Assembly (NCBI GenBank): GCA_012522015.1 | Contig: JAAYLD010000044.1 | Span: forward strand, 3,829-67,828 | DNA from: Clostridiales bacterium | Lineage (GTDB): Bacteria; Bacillota; Clostridia; Oscillospirales; CAG-272 | Reading direction: 5' to 3' | Length of the DNA stretch: 64,000 nucleotides | Part shown: positions 37,530 to 48,052 of the stretch, in pieces | Layout: each line of letters opens with the position of its first letter | How positions within the stretch are numbered: position 1 is the first letter of the stretch | Translations under genes and position numbers: made by a program | The notes under the pieces: generated by a model | Databases searched by the model: none | Told to the model about the DNA's origin: nothing | Seen by the model: only the letters and a program-made list of their open reading frames with translations

Positions 37530-38891
37530 ATGTTCAATTTTAAAGCAATACAAGAGACAGTAAACATGATTTATGAAGAAAATCTTGACATACGTACGGT
37601 CACAATGGGAATATCTCTCTATGATTGCCAAAGCGACGATATCGGCAGGCTTTGCGATAAAATTTACGATAAGATAACGAAAAGCGCGGGAAAACTAACA
37701 TCCGTCACAGCGGAGCTTGAAAAGCGCTACGGCATACCGATTATAAACAACCGCGTGGCGGTAACGCCGATATCATATATGGCAGGTGGTCTGAGGACGA
37801 CAGACGACTGCGTGCGCATTGCACACACGCTTGATAAGGCGGCAAAAGCAATTGGCATAAACTTCATCGGCGGCTATAGCGCTATGGTGCAAAAAGGAGC
37901 GATCGATGCCGCCACACTTCTCATAAAAAGCATACCTGATGCTCTCTCTGAAACGGAGCTTGTGTGCTCTTCTGTCAATGTCGCCTCAACAAAAGCGGGC
38001 ATAAATATGGACGCCATCGCGGAAATGGGCGGTGTTATTAAAAAAACAGCATATCTTACACGCGACAGCGGCTCCGTCGGATGCGCAAAGCTCGTCGTAT
38101 TTGCAAATGTACCGGAGGACAACCCTTTTATGGCGGGAGCTTTCCACGGGACGGGTGAACCTGAGAGGGTCATAAACGTCGGCGTATCAGGCCCCGGCGT
38201 TGTCGCAGCAGCTATCCGCCGCGCGGGAGACTGTGACTTGACAACACTTGCCGAGACAATAAAAAGGACGGCATTTAAGATAACGCGTGTTGGTCAGCTT
38301 GTGGCAGCGGAGGCGTCTAAAATGCTTGGAGTCTCATTTGGCATAGTCGACTTATCGCTGGCACCGACGCCGACTATCGGCGACTCTGTCGCGCATATTC
38401 TTGAAGAAATGGGGCTTGAGAAGACAGGAGCGCACGGAACGACGGCAGCGCTCGCTATGCTCAACGATGCCGTCAAAAAAGGCGGCGTCATGGCAAGCTC
38501 GCATGTCGGCGGGCTTTCGGGTGCTTTTATCCCTGTTTCGGAGGACGCCGGAATGATGGACGCTGTAGCCTGCGGAGCACTGACGATTGAAAAGCTTGAG
38601 GCGATGACGGCCGTTTGCTCCGTCGGTCTTGATATGATAGCAATACCCGGCGATACGCCCGAAGACGCAATATGCGGTATTATAGCCGACGAAATATCAA
38701 TCGGCGTCGTAAATAATAAGACAACAGCAGTCCGCATCATCCCTGTTTATGGCAAAAAATCCGGTGATGAAGTCAACTTCGGCGGACTTCTCGGCCGCGC
38801 CCCCGTGATGGAAGTAAACAGCATGTCGCCGGCGCGGTTTATATCACGGGGCGGACGCATACCGGCGCCGATACATAGCCTGCGCAACTAA
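37530..38891 (+). CDS. UPF0210 (DUF711, PFL-like fold) family protein
   Basis: [25 protein letters not shown]-terminus, about 450 aa, directly downstream of the ACT gene. ATG at 37530 follows GGAGGGA. Confidence 0.8.
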   Translation: MFNFKAIQETVNMIYEENLDIRTVTMGISLYDCQSDDIGRLCDKIYDKITKSAGKLTSVTAELEKRYGIPIINNRVAVTPISYMAGGLRTTDDCVRIAHTLDKAAKAIGINFIGGYSAMVQKGAIDAATLLIKSIPDALSETELVCSSVNVASTKAGINMDAIAEMGGVIKKTAYLTRDSGSVGCAKLVVFANVPEDNPFMAGAFHGTGEPERVINVGVSGPGVVAAAIRRAGDCDLTTLAETIKRTAFKITRVGQLVAAEASKMLGVSFGIVDLSLAPTPTIGDSVAHILEEMGLEKTGAHGTTAALAMLNDAVKKGGVMASSHVGGLSGAFIPVSEDAGMMDAVACGALTIEKLEAMTAVCSVGLDMIAIPGDTPEDAICGIIADEISIGVVNNKTTAVRIIPVYGKKSGDEVNFGGLLGRAPVMEVNSMSPARFISRGGRIPAPIHSLRN

Positions 38892-38904
38892 CTTAAGTAT
38901 AAAT

Positions 38905-38945
38905 ATAAAAAACCCGGTGCGGAAATCTTCGCACCGGGTTTTTTA
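38905..38945. terminator. Bidirectional terminator separating the UPF0210 gene from the phage-like cluster
   Basis: AAAAAA-CCCGGTGCG/CGCACCGGG-TTTTTT. It lies 33 nt beyond the stop of the last phage-like gene. Confidence 0.85.
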
Positions 38946-38977
38946 TGCCGTATTTTAGCTTTCTAACTGCCGCTTTT

Positions 38978-39445
38978 TCATCCTTCACGCGAAACCGACA
39001 CAACAAGATTCGCCGGGACCATCCGGACTATCATATCTTTTATAATTTCAAACTCCTCATCAGATCCCGCCGATATCACAACCGACAGCGAAGAAGCCGC
39101 GGCATTGACGTCAAGCGTAAAATTCTCCTCGCCACACAGTTCAGCAAGTCGATGACGCAACATACTTTCTGTATACGGCATACCGAAGCGTCCCTTTGCC
39201 GCTAATCGCAGGCGTCTTACGGCGTCTGTGTCTGTAGGTTTTGACGTAACACCGAGGACATCTTCATGACGGGCGAGCCAGCGCTCCTCTGCGTATTTAG
39301 TGAATGGAGCGTCACACATCGCAGCAATATCATCGTAAGCGCGTCTGATGGCGTTGTCGATAACATATGCTAAAGCGCGAAATTCGCGTACATTTGAAAA
39401 AAGCTGAGGCAGATAATCAAGATAATCCTTTTGTTTTATATTCAT
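38978..39445 (-). CDS. XkdU/YmfQ-like baseplate-associated protein (DUF2313-like)
   Basis: 155 aa, immediately after and 4 nt overlapping the baseplate J gene, as in PBSX-type modules. The N-terminus KDYLDYLPQLF resembles this family. Confidence 0.5.
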   Translation of the reverse strand: MNIKQKDYLDYLPQLFSNVREFRALAYVIDNAIRRAYDDIAAMCDAPFTKYAEERWLARHEDVLGVTSKPTDTDAVRRLRLAAKGRFGMPYTESMLRHRLAELCGEENFTLDVNAAASSLSVVISAGSDEEFEIIKDMIVRMVPANLVVSVSREG

Positions 39446-40533
39446 ATAATAGTCACGCTCTCGAAGACTGGCACGATGTTGCTATCAAGCGTTATGCTTG
39501 ATGACACATATGACCCAGATGCGCTGTCATAAATAGTTGTACCGGATACACCTGTAACACATTCCGTCGATAGAATAGCGCTTTCAATGTCTGCTATGTG
39601 TATTATACAGTTATCTACAAAAGCCCACTTAGTGGCGAGCGCATTTACATATTTATCGACGGCTGATCTTATTAACTTGGAAGCTGTTAACTGGTTCCAG
39701 CCGGGAGCATATGTAACGCTTGTCTTGACGATAACGCTGTAACTATCGACTGCCTCGACCGTAACAGAATGGCCAATGGGTGCAACGCCAGAGCCAAGCC
39801 CTGTTTTATCAGCGGGGTCAAGGATATTCTTAATTGATTTAATAAGAGATGTTACGGGCACGCCGTAATCACTTGCTTGAACGACAATTTTTACCGTTCC
39901 GCCACCTGCATGAGCGGGGAAAACCTTGACTCCACCGACGCCGTCTATTTCCGATACATATTCAATATAATCAGCGGCATTACCTCCAAAGGGGACGCCT
40001 GATGCCGCACGCAACACACGTACACGGAACGCTTCTGTACTTTCTTCATCTTGTCCGGGAGAGATGATTCCGCCTGCGCTTGAGTATTTAAGGCCCTCAA
40101 TATATGATACCGGGCTCAAAGTACCATGCGAAAAAGCGTTTGGTTCAGAACCGGGTGTATCACATATTACCTCATATTCTATTACGTGACTACTATCTGA
40201 AATAAACTTACCTAATGTGTAAACATAGTCACGTAGGGTGAACTTACTTCCTTCTGGTAAATATGAATCAAATCTTCCCCTTAAAACTGTGCGCGTTGCC
40301 TCCTTTGGTCTTATGCCATATTCAGCACCGTGCCGGATTAAATACTCGCGTGATGCTGTATCGGAGAACATTTCGGATGCCACTTTAGAACATGCCTTAT
40401 AAAGCTTATCAAGCTCTGCGGCTACCGGTACGACTGCGTCATAGAAAATAGACCCCACGCTTGTGTCTATTCCATCGGGCGCTGCCGAAAGCATGTCAGA
40501 TAAAATTGCGTCAAACGTTTTTCCCTCAAACAT
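39442..40533 (-). CDS. Baseplate J-like protein (XkdT-like)
   Basis: FEGKTFDAILSDMLSAAPDGIDTSVGSIFYDAVVPVAAEL and TASREYLIRHGAEYGIRPKEAT follow the baseplate J pattern. ATG at 40533 with a GAGGG RBS. Confidence 0.7.
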   Translation of the reverse strand: MFEGKTFDAILSDMLSAAPDGIDTSVGSIFYDAVVPVAAELDKLYKACSKVASEMFSDTASREYLIRHGAEYGIRPKEATRTVLRGRFDSYLPEGSKFTLRDYVYTLGKFISDSSHVIEYEVICDTPGSEPNAFSHGTLSPVSYIEGLKYSSAGGIISPGQDEESTEAFRVRVLRAASGVPFGGNAADYIEYVSEIDGVGGVKVFPAHAGGGTVKIVVQASDYGVPVTSLIKSIKNILDPADKTGLGSGVAPIGHSVTVEAVDSYSVIVKTSVTYAPGWNQLTASKLIRSAVDKYVNALATKWAFVDNCIIHIADIESAILSTECVTGVSGTTIYDSASGSYVSSSITLDSNIVPVFESVTII

Positions 40534-40547
40534 ATAATCACCAGCCC

Positions 40548-40901
40548 TCAGTAACAAATATCGACGTACACAACAGCCAGAGCCTTACCACTATATCTTT
40601 CGTTTTTAAAAACAGCTGATTTGAAAGCTTCTCCGTATCGCATAAAAAGAGCATCTTTTATCCTCTCGGAGAGCTCAACGGCAGCATAATGATAATCCCG
40701 ACCTATAAGATCACGGCGATCCACACCAAAAAAGCCGCTATATATATCGCTGTATATGCTTCGTTCGGTGGAGACAAGTAAAAATAAATCCTGGCGAACA
40801 GCGTCTTTCCCCTCGACAAACCCGTTTATCGAATAACCGCAGCCGTCTTTATGGAGTGCATATGTTTTAGACGATGAGTACTTACCATAAAATTTTGACA
40901 T
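40548..40901 (-). CDS. XkdS-like small baseplate protein (DUF2634 / gp25-W-like position)
   Basis: 117 aa, in the position between the XkdR-like and baseplate J genes. Confidence 0.45.
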   Translation of the reverse strand: MSKFYGKYSSSKTYALHKDGCGYSINGFVEGKDAVRQDLFLLVSTERSIYSDIYSGFFGVDRRDLIGRDYHYAAVELSERIKDALFMRYGEAFKSAVFKNERYSGKALAVVYVDICY

Positions 40902-40910
40902 AACGCCCCC

Positions 40911-41201
40911 TTATTTAATGATGTCAATAATGGCATAGCATTGTCCGCCCTCAGCTCTAACCATCATGACATAGCTGCCTTTAGCAAGCTCGGATGAGAC
41001 AGTTCCGGTATACGATGTCCCGCCAATGTTCACATTAAATGTTCGGCTGTAAATCGATGCGGGTGTTATCAGCGCCGAGCCGGTGAGCGTAACATTATTA
41101 TCAATCTTCACAGATAGTGGAGATGTCGATGTTACGACACCACATATAATGTCAGCGGTGACACCGCCATCATGAGCAGTCCCCGCATACTTAATACTCA
41201 T
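40911..41201 (-). CDS. XkdR-like protein (DUF2577; spike/plug position)
   Basis: 96 aa. GVVTSTSPLSVKIDNNVTL and the C-terminus GSYVMMVRAEGGQCYAIIDII match the XkdR-type pattern. Confidence 0.55.
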   Translation of the reverse strand: MSIKYAGTAHDGGVTADIICGVVTSTSPLSVKIDNNVTLTGSALITPASIYSRTFNVNIGGTSYTGTVSSELAKGSYVMMVRAEGGQCYAIIDIIK

Positions 41202-41243
41202 GCTTTAGAACCTCGTTTTATTCAATATAGTTAGTTTTATTTA

Positions 41244-42164
41244 TCAGAGCGCCGAAAGATTAAGCTTCATCGTATAAGAGCTACCAAAAATGTGTTCGGC
41301 GCGCTCACAAAAATAATCAGCAGCTCCATCGCCAAAATCAGCGGTCACAACAGCGCCGGCCCGAGCCGTCAGGTCACCTTTAGTGCATGTGCAAACAATG
41401 CTCCGTTTAGGCGTTGACAGTGAATTGAGAAGGTTAATAGCAACAGATGTTCCATTTTCCTGCGGGCTTAATCTCCCATAATATTGAAGCACACCGTCCC
41501 GGGCGATACGCTCCATATCTTCACGAATGAAAAAATGCCTGCCGGTCCCGCTTGTCTGAACAAGCTTAACTTTGTTGTAATAGTTCTTATCTATGGAAAC
41601 GGTAATTGAAAAATCAGTACATACAGATGGTGTCATGACTGTGCCACAGCGAAGAGACGTCATGCGTTTAAGGCAAAGCCTGCCACAATCATCGTAGTAA
41701 ACAAACTCACCAAAACCGGCGCCGGAGGTAAGTGTCAATGCGTAATCAATAATTTTGTAAAGCGAGACGCCATCCTCAAGACGCGCCGCAATGCGGTATT
41801 TAGTATCTTCGATTTCACCTGTGGTAAAGCCATATTGCTTGGCGATCCTTAGCAGAAGCTTGGATGCCGTCATTCCAACGTATTCAACAGTATCTTTATT
41901 TTCAAAATACCGCAGCATGTCATATGCCGTGTATTTGTAGAGCTTTTCATGCCCGTATTCATATTTAAATACAACACCTTTAAATACGTCGGTACCTCCA
42001 TAACGGAATGTAACGTTCTCACCCGTTTTAATATGCTCGTCAGCGGTAAAATAAAGCGTGCCGGCACTGCCCTGTTCCGTTACAAATCGAACATTATCGT
42101 GCGGTGTGATAACACCTGACGGGAGGATAATCTCGCCACGTGTGTTTGTGACCGACATAATCAT
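41244..42164 (-). CDS. XkdQ-like baseplate hub protein (late-control-D-like)
   Basis: 306 aa. GENVTFRYGGTDVFKGVVF, YDMLRYF, TASKLLLRIAKQYGF, VYYDDCGRLCL and SIDKNYYNKVKL follow the XkdQ family pattern. Confidence 0.6.
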   Translation of the reverse strand: MIMSVTNTRGEIILPSGVITPHDNVRFVTEQGSAGTLYFTADEHIKTGENVTFRYGGTDVFKGVVFKYEYGHEKLYKYTAYDMLRYFENKDTVEYVGMTASKLLLRIAKQYGFTTGEIEDTKYRIAARLEDGVSLYKIIDYALTLTSGAGFGEFVYYDDCGRLCLKRMTSLRCGTVMTPSVCTDFSITVSIDKNYYNKVKLVQTSGTGRHFFIREDMERIARDGVLQYYGRLSPQENGTSVAINLLNSLSTPKRSIVCTCTKGDLTARAGAVVTADFGDGAADYFCERAEHIFGSSYTMKLNLSAL

Positions 42165-42577
42165 AATATCTCCGCCCCGCCGGGATAACGCTTGAGCTTC
42201 AGCGCTGCCGTGACGCTGCCATCATTGTTACGCTTGAGTGTGGCGCGCTTTAATGTCGCATTGAAGCTATATGAATCGAAAAGTGAACCATCATCTCCTG
42301 CCGCTATTGCGATTACACGGAACGGCCACTGGGAAAGCGATGTAAGCTCGTCATAAAACTCACCCGGACGTATAAATCCACCCTCCCATGTAGCAAATTC
42401 CGTGTTGGTCGCAGGAAAATCAAGCGAAAACTCGATTTCATCTGGCGCCGGCGGCGAAAAAATGGCTCTGTCATAACCATCGGCAAGCCTTGCAATAGTA
42501 GTGCAGTCGCCACGAGTTATAACAGTCTCGTCCGGAAAAATGGGCATAAGACGACCGTTGATAAAAAGCTTATACAT
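42161..42577 (-). CDS. XkdP-like (LysM-less) protein; alternatively a divergent tail tube
   Basis: 138 aa. MYKLFINGRLMPIFP at the N-terminus, PFRVIAI in the middle, and a C-terminus LKLKRY, as in the protein that normally follows the tape measure in PBSX-type tails. It does not resemble XkdM tube proteins. Confidence 0.4.
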   Translation of the reverse strand: MYKLFINGRLMPIFPDETVITRGDCTTIARLADGYDRAIFSPPAPDEIEFSLDFPATNTEFATWEGGFIRPGEFYDELTSLSQWPFRVIAIAAGDDGSLFDSYSFNATLKRATLKRNNDGSVTAALKLKRYPGGAEIL

Positions 42578-42612
42578 AAGACGTAACCCCCGATTTTGTG
42601 ATGGCGCGCCGG

Positions 42613-43881
42613 TTAAGCCATAAAAATTGTTATACTGACGTCATATGGGCGCAAAAGTGGCGATACGGCGAGCGAAGCGGTGATAGCGCCTTCCCCGTCT
42701 GTTGTCACATCGGCGGAAATAGTATCACTTCGTACCGCACCGTACTTATGTGATAGCAGAGAAAGAAACGATCTTATCTCATCCGCAAGTGTAGAGCACC
42801 CCGCTGCGTCATCATAGACAACATCTGCATATTTATCATTAAAAATCGTGCGTATATTTGAAACTATATAATCATACAGGCGAATACAGGAGTTGTCGGA
42901 GAGCATACAATCAGATTTTGAAGCCGATGTGTTTATATCACGAAAGATACGAGGGTATAATTCAGCCTTTTTGTGATTTTGATAAACAATCTGCCCCTCC
43001 TCCGCAAGCTGGGAGCACTCTTCATCAGAAAAATCAGCCATTATACCGAAGCTTCCGGCATAACTTTTACCCGCAAGCGTTTCCCACGGATATGAGCTGG
43101 CGCAAAGTCCGGCTGTATAGTAAACAACCCCGCCGCCACCGTATGAATCTTCATTATAAACAGACGTTACAAAAGCGCTGCCATCTCCAAAATAGCGAAA
43201 AAGTACGCATTTTACACATCTCCCCGCCTCTCTCTCACGCCGAACAGCTGAAATACAAGCATCAGCATGGGCAGGTGCGCCATCAGCACACGCTAAGATA
43301 TCAATATTTATTGGATGAGCAAGAAGAGCTTCAATACCGGTGGCAAAATCAAATTCGTCAGGCGTTGCATCGGCACCTCCCGTCAAGGGAAGCCCCGCCG
43401 TCTCAAAAATCACAGCGTCGCGATTGAATATAACAAAAGCATTGTCTTTCAGCTCGGCAGCACTGATGACGACCTGACTGTCAACAGCTTCACTGCAAAG
43501 ATATGTAACAACACGGTATGAACCGTCATCCTGTAAATAAACAACAAGCCTGATTGAATTCCCTCTCGCACCGGGATAACGGGCTTGTCCGAAAGAGCAC
43601 GATGCAACAGAACCACCAGATGGGCGAAAAACAGCTACGGATGATGCGTTTGCAAGAACATCACGTATGCCGTCAAGTGATGGGTCGTCTATGTCGCACG
43701 CGAAAGCTTCTTTAATATATCGCCCCGGTATGAAGCTGCTGCGGGAATAAAGAGAAACCTCGCCGGGTGCGCCCCAGCCAGCATTATATACAATACCGAC
43801 AGTACCGCGCCCACCACCGGGTGGCACAGCGCCGCACCCGTTATAAGCGGTGACACCGCTTGACGCATATATATTTTTCAC
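42613..43881 (-). CDS. Contractile tail sheath protein (XkdK-like)
   Basis: ARYPGARGNSIRLVV (compare PBSX AKYPGARGNRISVTV) and LPLTGGADATP (compare LTGGNDGT). 422 aa. Confidence 0.75.
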   Translation of the reverse strand: MKNIYASSGVTAYNGCGAVPPGGGRGTVGIVYNAGWGAPGEVSLYSRSSFIPGRYIKEAFACDIDDPSLDGIRDVLANASSVAVFRPSGGSVASCSFGQARYPGARGNSIRLVVYLQDDGSYRVVTYLCSEAVDSQVVISAAELKDNAFVIFNRDAVIFETAGLPLTGGADATPDEFDFATGIEALLAHPINIDILACADGAPAHADACISAVRREREAGRCVKCVLFRYFGDGSAFVTSVYNEDSYGGGGVVYYTAGLCASSYPWETLAGKSYAGSFGIMADFSDEECSQLAEEGQIVYQNHKKAELYPRIFRDINTSASKSDCMLSDNSCIRLYDYIVSNIRTIFNDKYADVVYDDAAGCSTLADEIRSFLSLLSHKYGAVRSDTISADVTTDGEGAITASLAVSPLLRPYDVSITIFMA

Positions 43882-43929
43882 AGCCCTATCCCCTCCGCCG
43901 TTATATTCGTATATAAAACAAAGAAAAAC

Positions 43930-44337
43930 TTAAATAAATGAAACATTAATTTCTATTGACTTCATAGGCACGCTTCCGTATGCCGGCGGCGGGATTGTAG
44001 CAGCCATCTCACCGGAATAAACGACCGTAAGCTCCGAATACCTATCATATGCCTTACATTCGTAACTTTCGGCGACGACCTTATCATCCCCCGGTGATAG
44101 CTCCCTTACCGCGTTGAGAAGAGCTGAGCCGTCATGAACTGCCGACGGTGCTCCGGCGGTGAAATACCGAATTTTAACGGCAACCTTAGGGTCACCTCCG
44201 GAAGAATAAAAGCGGTCTACAGTAAAGAATAAGGAGGGAGCTGTGGCGTCAGCAGGAGGGCGCCCTACCGTGATGGCGACGCCGGGGAACGAAGCCCCGA
44301 GCGCCGCGCCAACAGCCGATGCAAAAATATCGGTCAT
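43930..44337 (-). CDS. Head-tail joining / tail completion protein (family uncertain)
   Basis: 135 aa, positioned between the connector and the sheath. Confidence 0.35.
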   Translation of the reverse strand: MTDIFASAVGAALGASFPGVAITVGRPPADATAPSLFFTVDRFYSSGGDPKVAVKIRYFTAGAPSAVHDGSALLNAVRELSPGDDKVVAESYECKAYDRYSELTVVYSGEMAATIPPPAYGSVPMKSIEINVSFI

Positions 44338-44452
44338 AGTTTTAAGCCTCTTTTAAAAAATAGAGTATTGCAGCAACAAATAAAACATAGAAGTCAGTTA
44401 TTTAGCTTGTAGAAGGCCATTTGTGAACATCTACAACACATACCTTCATTAC

Positions 44453-44836
44453 CTACCAGACAAGCCTGCGTTTTGCCCCCGCTACTGATAAGCCGCGTTC
44501 TCTCATCTTTTTTAGCTCCGCACGAAGACGCTCCGCGCTGCTTGTTCCCTTTGTATATGACACCGACAAAGAACCGTCGCGCCTGGAAGAGACCTCCGCT
44601 CCGTCCGTGCCGTCACGAGCCATGACGGTGAGCGCAAAATCAGCACAGACAATGTCGGCAGCCGCGTCCATTAACTCAGATGGAAGGGTGTCGTAACCCG
44701 TTATTGTGCAAAGCTCCGAAACAGCAGCTTTTGTGACAAACGACAAAAGCTCCGTGTCCTCGGGTTTTACCGTAAGACCTATTGCCGCAAGACGAGACGA
44801 TGCCCCTTCGGCAATACTATCGAAAATGTTAATCAT
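44453..44836 (-). CDS. gp6-like head-tail connector (DNA packaging) protein
   Basis: 127 aa immediately after the capsid gene. LLSFVTKAAVSELCTITGYD is a pattern typical of gp6-like connectors. Confidence 0.55.
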   Translation of the reverse strand: MINIFDSIAEGASSRLAAIGLTVKPEDTELLSFVTKAAVSELCTITGYDTLPSELMDAAADIVCADFALTVMARDGTDGAEVSSRRDGSLSVSYTKGTSSAERLRAELKKMRERGLSVAGAKRRLVW

Positions 44837-44846
44837 CGCATCAATC

Positions 44847-45926
44847 TTAACAACCTAATGAGATTATTCTTGCAATCGGAATAAGCGACACATCGATAGG
44901 ATTTTCCTCGGAGTCAAAAACAAGCTCCCAGTTGGCGGGGTTTGCGAGGTCAGTATCCTCAGGCGACAGCGAAGCCTGCTCCTTTTTGATGTAATCAAAG
45001 CCAAACGGATGAATGACCTTGCGCTGGCGAGAATAAAGAATGTCGGATCCTCCGTTGCTGCTCGGGTCGCGATACATCTCATACGGCACCTTTGCACCGA
45101 TATTCTCATAGAAGAAAGCGCCTTCTCCAAGAATATATGAGGTGTATATGGTTCCCTTATCCAGCACCGTTTTAGTAGGAAGCGCGTCACTGACAATGAC
45201 GGAGCGTCCGTTCCATGATCCGATTGAAAGATCACGTGTGATACCCTTTGAGTCTACGTATGTCATATAATTTAAAAGCTGAAGGTTTTCAAGGTTCGTC
45301 GCGATAACAGAGTGGAGGAGAGCAACCGTAAACTTACCCTTATTAGCCCCGCATGCCTTCTGAATCGCAGTATTAAGCGTCGTTGCGCCAACAAGGGCGG
45401 CCTCGCCTGTCTTATCGCTTATATCAAGCGTGTGAGTATCGATGAAATTACTTTTCGCCACACGTTTGTTGTCGTCACCCTCTTCCTCACCGTCATCAAG
45501 CTCGCGAAGCGAAAAGATACCGCCTAAAATGGCAATGAGCGTAGCTTCATCGACTGTTTCCCAGTATTCGGCGATTTGACGGGCGACAATGTCCATATAA
45601 TCATCGCCTGTCAGGTCAGCGGTAAAATCACGCTCCGTCCATGCTTTTGCCCGCCCAATGACGTTCGCACCAAACTCATATGAAGGCGTATTTACCGGTA
45701 TAATGTCAGTTATACCGTCGTAGTTTTGCGCAGCTCCCGTAATAGCACCGTAAAGCGGAATTTTTGCGTATGCTGCATTAGCGGCACCTCGGAATATGGA
45801 ACGAATCTCCGGATTCCCGATAAACGCGCGGCGTGCTTTCAACTCGTCAATTTTGATGCTCGGTACACGTGCAACAAAAGAGCCAAATGCTTCAGAGTCA
45901 AACTTTTTATAGTCAAAGTTTGCCAT
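44847..45926 (-). CDS. Major capsid protein
   Basis: 359 aa, following a GP20-type scaffold gene. Size and position fit. I recall no diagnostic motif. Confidence 0.6.
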   Translation of the reverse strand: MANFDYKKFDSEAFGSFVARVPSIKIDELKARRAFIGNPEIRSIFRGAANAAYAKIPLYGAITGAAQNYDGITDIIPVNTPSYEFGANVIGRAKAWTERDFTADLTGDDYMDIVARQIAEYWETVDEATLIAILGGIFSLRELDDGEEEGDDNKRVAKSNFIDTHTLDISDKTGEAALVGATTLNTAIQKACGANKGKFTVALLHSVIATNLENLQLLNYMTYVDSKGITRDLSIGSWNGRSVIVSDALPTKTVLDKGTIYTSYILGEGAFFYENIGAKVPYEMYRDPSSNGGSDILYSRQRKVIHPFGFDYIKKEQASLSPEDTDLANPANWELVFDSEENPIDVSLIPIARIISLGC

Positions 45927-45986
45927 TTAAAAGTCCTCCAATTTTATTTTAAATAGGTATTCAAGCTCGTTATAAAAATAAAAACA

Positions 45987-46469
45987 TCAGCTTTTGCCAT
46001 AAAGGCGCAAATATTCGCTGTATGTCAGGTCAGATGCCATAAAATCGTCATCCGATTCCTCAGCAGGTGCAATTCCGACAAAAGATAGAGCCTTACGCCC
46101 GCTGTAAGCATAATCAGAGCCGAAAAGATACGGCTCCGCTTCCGCAAGAGAGCGAACAGCCTCGGTAAGGCCCGCCGGCGTGCCCTCAAAGTCGCCGCCA
46201 TCATATGTATAATTGAGTACAGCTTTCGCCGCTTTAATGTTGCGCGCACCTGCTTTTGAAAGCTCCCGCTCAATAGCGAAATTGAGCTTCTGCTCTAAAA
46301 GCGCACGCTGCGCTTTCTCAGAAGATGCCCGTAGCTTTTCTTCAAATTCCGCCTTTATGAGCGATGTTGCCTCGTCAACCGCAGCTTTTGTAGAGCGCTC
46401 TACCTCAGCTAAGATTGCATCAGCCACATCGTCGCCAATACCGAGTGGCATGAGAAAACTTTTGTCCAT
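45987..46469 (-). CDS. Scaffolding protein (phage GP20-like)
   Basis: 160 aa, coiled-coil and Ala/Glu/Lys-rich, between the portal and capsid genes. N-terminus FLMPLGIGDDVADAILAE. Confidence 0.65.
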   Translation of the reverse strand: MDKSFLMPLGIGDDVADAILAEVERSTKAAVDEATSLIKAEFEEKLRASSEKAQRALLEQKLNFAIERELSKAGARNIKAAKAVLNYTYDGGDFEGTPAGLTEAVRSLAEAEPYLFGSDYAYSGRKALSFVGIAPAEESDDDFMASDLTYSEYLRLYGKS

Positions 46470-46502
46470 ATAAAACCTCCCCTGACATCTCGTATGCCTT
46501 CG

Positions 46503-47864
46503 TTAATTTAATTCAAGCCGCGCAAGCTCGCCTTCGATATCGTCGACATACGGATGCTGCGCGATGAGAGTTCGTCGAGATAAAATACCCTCCGAATTTT
46601 TAAGCGAATTTATAATTTCAGACTCGTTTATAAGAAGATCGCGGTTTAGCACAACCTTTGCAGCAACCCCTCTGAAATCGCCCGCCCCGGTATAGTATAA
46701 ATAAGAACGAATGTAACCAAACCACGACTCGAAAGCGCACTGAAGCTCCGATTCAAAGCCATTTGCGTCAAGGTCGATGTCCGAATAAATCGCAAGAACA
46801 TTCATTTGATTCGGATTGTTTGAAAGACGTCCGTCGTGAGAGTCAAAACCCCGGCAGCACTCCGTCAGTGCCTGCATTAACATTTTCTTTAGCGCTTCGT
46901 AATTTTCAGCCTTTACCTCAACAGCCAAGCTTTCGACGCCGCCATCGCCTCCGGCGTCAGAGCGCACCTTGACAGCTCCATACGCCGCAAGATTGCGGCG
47001 AAATTCACCAAGGTCCTCACCATCGTAATTTTTTAACACAAGAACTGTACTCCGGCTGTTCTCCTGCATGTTGTCAGCAAAATCAGACACCAAAATATCA
47101 AGAGCATCCTGCAAGTTCTTTGCCCGCCTGATAAGCGGAACCTCGCTGCTGTTATATTTAACGGGGATTATCGGGACTCTGTCCCAGAGATAGCCCTTAC
47201 CATTGCTGTCACAAAAATGATACCCGACTCGTGAAACAGGGCGCAGCCGCCCATTTGAATATGCGTACTCCTCAATCCCGCTTTTTGTATAAACAAAAAC
47301 GCTCTCTTCAACCGAACGGCGTCGGTTGCTGTAAACCTCACGTGTACACAGCCGTATAAAAGCATCAAGCCGCGTGTGAGCAGCATCGCTCCAAAGCGGC
47401 AGACACATTGTCGGATCAAATCGCCGCAGAGTAAGCATTCCACTCTTGTCTATATAAGGATGAAGCCATGCAACGCCACAGTTGACAGCGTCAGTTGCCG
47501 TATCCCGCCATATTTTTTTTGCTGTATGCTCGAAAAAACTGGCAAGAAGAGATGCAAAACGCTTATTATCACAATCAATTGAAAACGGTTTACCAAGCGA
47601 ATAATTTATCTTTTGATCGACAAGCCGCGCATATTGCCCGACAGCTATTCTGCTGCAAGCGACGTTATCAAGCACCTCAGGCTTGCCATCAGCGCCAATA
47701 GCCGTTTTATGGCGGCGCAGCACATCGTGTTCTCCTGCATAATAACGCTTAGCCGTTATCATCTCCTCTCGGCGACGGGAGGAAAGGAATCGCGCCAGCT
47801 CCGCTTCAATCATGTCAAGATAACAGCCCCGCCCGCCATTCACTCTCATTTCTTTTATCATCAT
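46503..47864 (-). CDS. Portal protein (SPP1 gp6-like)
   Basis: About 453 aa. AKRYYAGEHDVL near the N-terminus is characteristic. ATG at 47864 lies 8 nt after AGGAG. Confidence 0.75.
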   Translation of the reverse strand: MMIKEMRVNGGRGCYLDMIEAELARFLSSRRREEMITAKRYYAGEHDVLRRHKTAIGADGKPEVLDNVACSRIAVGQYARLVDQKINYSLGKPFSIDCDNKRFASLLASFFEHTAKKIWRDTATDAVNCGVAWLHPYIDKSGMLTLRRFDPTMCLPLWSDAAHTRLDAFIRLCTREVYSNRRRSVEESVFVYTKSGIEEYAYSNGRLRPVSRVGYHFCDSNGKGYLWDRVPIIPVKYNSSEVPLIRRAKNLQDALDILVSDFADNMQENSRSTVLVLKNYDGEDLGEFRRNLAAYGAVKVRSDAGGDGGVESLAVEVKAENYEALKKMLMQALTECCRGFDSHDGRLSNNPNQMNVLAIYSDIDLDANGFESELQCAFESWFGYIRSYLYYTGAGDFRGVAAKVVLNRDLLINESEIINSLKNSEGILSRRTLIAQHPYVDDIEGELARLELN

Positions 47865-48052
47865 CAAAAAAACTCCTGACCGTGTTATCGTCTGTATCAA
47901 CACAAAACAAAAACACTGCGCATAACATTAAGCAGCCTATATAAAAAAGCCTAATCAAACCCTGACAACACTTGAATTGTAACACTGAAAAAAAGTAAAT
48001 ATCGTCCAGATTTTCCCGCTGCAGTCACAACAGTATAACGGAACAAATAGTT

